Positions 61,743-64,000 of a stretch of DNA of 64,000 nucleotides are shown piece after piece; positions within the stretch are counted from its first letter, which is position 1, and every line of letters begins with the position of its first letter. Under the pieces are notes generated by a model. The model searched no databases, was not told where the DNA came from, and worked only from the letters and a program-made list of their open reading frames with translations. The DNA is taken from assembly GCA_019058445.1 (NCBI GenBank), contig JAHPZA010000004.1, forward strand, positions 96,001-160,000, read 5' to 3'. The translations under genes were made by a program, and so were the position numbers. This stretch comes from Promethearchaeota archaeon (GTDB lineage: Archaea; Asgardarchaeota; Lokiarchaeia; Sigyniarchaeales; SOKP01).

Positions 61743-63186
61743 GTGAACTACTACTACCTAAAGGTAGTAGCTTCCTACGAGTCCGCACCTACTTTTGCAG
61801 TTGGCTTGACTGTATGTCGTAGAAAACCATTCCACTTTTGAAGGAATAGTTCCTCGTCCACAGAGGATTCATGTGATAGGAAATCATATTCGCCTAATTC
61901 TTTTGCTTTCAAGAATTTGACCATGATATTGACCGCTGAATTCAAGTCTCGGTCAATCTGATTCCCACAATCGCACCTAATAAATCTTTCGTAGATAGCT
62001 CTCTTTGAGAGCTTTCCACACTTACAACAGGCTTTCGTCGTCTTATCCTCACCAATTCTTATTACTCTTTTACCTAACTTTTCAGCTTTATAGGTCAAGA
62101 ATTCGGCAAATCGCGACATGAAACCCGCATTATAAACAGAGTGATTAAGTGTCTTTTTTGCTTTGGTCTTCTTAGCGTTTCCCGTTCCCTTCTTTTTCTT
62201 AGCCATTTATTTTACGGATAATTTTCCGATGATAATGGTATTTGCTTTGGTGTTCTCAACAACCTGCTTGGATAACCAATGTTGGTAATCTTTTAGCTGG
62301 GTTGTTTGTTTTCGCTTCATTTTTATTAGTTTGCTATTGTACCAATGCCATTTCTTACTCTTTTTCTTGCAGTGATCTCGTTTGGATTGCACTTGTTCAA
62401 GCTTTTTTTTCCAATAGAGATCTGCTCTTCTATGTCTGAATGAAATAAATTTACCATGAAGGTTTACTCCTGCTGTTTGAGAAATGCCTAAATCTAAAGC
62501 TTGATAAAGACCGTTATCTTTATATTTTGGCGGAAAAATTTCGTAGGTAATGGAAATGAACCAGCGCTTAAGTGAATCTAAAAATATTTCCACTTGCTTT
62601 ATAGTTTCTTTTGGAATAAGCTCTTTCGGTAATCCAAACGATAATACTTCTTTAGAGGGATGCTTATGAGAAAAATTGATAGTAGAATTTTCTATTATGA
62701 ATCCTGATTGATTGTAACTTAATGTTGTGAAGTATTTTTTGCTTTTGAAACGTGGCGATCTTGCTTTTTTATCTCCATTTTTCCAAAGAGCTGTAAATGA
62801 TTTATAGTTTGCATCAAGCTTCTTTAAGATCATTTGGAGTACTTTTGAATATACCCATTTATATTCCGGATATTTTTCTTTGATAACCGGTAATTGGTTT
62901 TGCTGATGGGTATAATTAATGAATTTTCGTTCTATCTTGGGTTTTTTCTTATTCTTTTTCCAATTTTCAATCCGTTCTGCTAACGCAAAATTATAAATAA
63001 GGCGACATTTTTCTGACAAATCCCACAATACTTTAACTTGTGAATCTGTTGGAAAAATTGGTAATTTTTGCGTTAGGTTCATAGTATGTTAGAATAATCT
63101 AATCGAAATCTATAAAAACGAGAGTTCGATGGTTTAATGAATTTTTAATTGACCACCCCCTAAAGAGGAGTGGCCTTCTTTTCTAT
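61743..63186 (-). mobile_element. IS200/IS605-family, tnpB-only (IS1341-type) element
   Basis: Right end on minus strand GGAAGCTACTACCTTTAGGTAGTAGTAGTTCAC (hairpin then TCAC); left-end hairpin GGCCACTCCTCTTTAGGGGGTGGTC at 63151-63175; left boundary approximate; no tnpA. Confidence 0.85.
61775..63082 (-). pseudogene. tnpB: TnpB split by one in-frame TAA (62207-62209)
   Basis: HTH N-terminus (IFPT..Q...CRLIYN.AL), RuvC-I ALDLG, Zn finger CCKCG..CDCG, RuvC-III DRDLNSAVNI; the two ORFs are contiguous and in frame. Confidence 0.9.
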
Positions 63187-63279
63187 GTTAAAAAACTAAT
63201 TTTATAATCTTAAATAAAACAGACTATTATAATTTGTATAAAATTTAAATTAAATATCAAAAAATTGGAGTAAATTAAA

Positions 63280-64000
63280 ATGAAGAAACCTATTGCTATT
63301 CTTGGTGGTGGAAATTCAATTTAACTATAAATTGAACCACATACGGCGGTCACCAAATGGCTTTAGATTTAACTTTAAGGGGATTTGACGTAAACTTTTG
63401 TGAGCATCCTGATTTTAAAGAGTCATTTAGAAACACACTTGAAACAAAAGTAATTGAAAATACAGGAATGATTGAAGATAAGGCTAAGATTCATAAGTTG
63501 ACATTAGACTTTAAAGAGGCATTGGAAGATGTTGATATTATTTACCTTGTTATTCCTGCTATTGCCCATGAAACGTTTTTTGATAATATTATCCCGCATC
63601 TTAGAGATGGGCAATTAGTCGTTATTTGGGCGGGTGATGCGGGAGCGCTCCGACTTGCCAAAAGATTAAGAGAAGAGGCACCGAATAAGAAGATAAGTAT
63701 CGCAGAAACTAATACTTTACCTTATGGAACTAGGCTTATTGGTCCTTCTAAAGTTGATCTGTTTGTTACAGCAAAAAAGATGTTATTTTCCACTTTTCCT
63801 GCGAATGAGACGGAAGAGAAACTAGAACTTGTTAAAGATACTTTTCCTGTTTTAGAACCTATTGATAATATTTTATCAGTATCATTTAGTAATCCTAATC
63901 CTACTGTCCATCCTCCCGGTACTCTATTAAACATCGGACGGATTCAGTGGTCGAAAGGTGATTTCTATCTATATCGGGAAGGAATAACAGAGGCTCCATC
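63280..64000 (+). CDS. NAD/NADP octopine/nopaline dehydrogenase family protein, interrupted by a 29-nt candidate intron; 3' end off window
   Basis: Spliced: MKKPIAILGGGNGGHQMALDLTLRGFDV...IPAIAH...AETNTLPYGTR...NPNPTVHPPGTLLNIGRI...FYLYREGIT; GGAG upstream; open to the edge. Confidence 0.88.
63314..63342 (+). other. Candidate bulge-helix-bulge mRNA intron (29 nt)
   Basis: GTGG(63308-11)/CCAC(63337-40) 4-bp helix; bulges AAA(63312-14) and ATA(63341-43); perfect 9-bp stem TTCAATTTA-acta-TAAATTGAA. Confidence 0.85.

Noticed and set aside
62207-62209. Stop-codon readthrough or recoding in tnpB
   Set aside because: TAA is the common stop throughout the window; a point nonsense mutation is simpler.
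63314-63342. 29-nt insert as a MITE/IS footprint from the neighbouring tnpB element
   Set aside because: No target duplication and no similarity to the element's end hairpins. Pairing with exon sequence and frame repair at the BHB cut sites fit an intron better.
1044-63934. Short ORF-track entries antisense or out of frame to larger genes (e.g. 1044, 2451, 4002, 7161-8039, 19327, 46035, 63722) and ORF 6941-7123
   Set aside because: Shadow ORFs with no motifs; 6941-7123 merely reads through a tRNA scar and AT-rich spacer.

Overview
AT-rich archaeal window, most likely Lokiarchaeia/Asgard. This is inferred from the archaeal-type GluRS, MtxX, a BHB-intron tRNA, and LRR, TPR and histidine kinase content. 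Left end: an LRR-TIR gene running off the window, then a tRNA-Pro(GGG) with two introns. Four degenerate copies of the tRNA 3' end follow, bracketing 1-2-gene cassettes (tandem HNH, HEPN-HNH, membrane protein, PNPOx-like, hydrolase, URO-D-like), with no integrase in view. Middle: housekeeping and accessory genes (radical SAM, HIRAN, arginase, two-component pair, PAP2 paralogs, a scrambled TPR/LRR patch, mtxX plus a decayed copy of its 3' end, gltX). Right: a ~21 kb catabolic cluster (3 sulfatases, alkylsulfatase, 4 QueG/RdhA-like proteins, 3 DUF169, AbfD-like dehydratase, epoxide hydrolase, Fe-S proteins, MFS) with a shared candidate operator, then an IS1341-type tnpB pseudogene. Top finding: the opine-dehydrogenase-family gene at 63280 is interrupted inside its GxGxxG motif by a 29-nt insert. 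The insert folds into a bulge-helix-bulge, and removing it at the canonical cut sites restores both frame and motif, making it a candidate tRNA-endonuclease-spliced mRNA intron. Several genes also appear to initiate at ATT.
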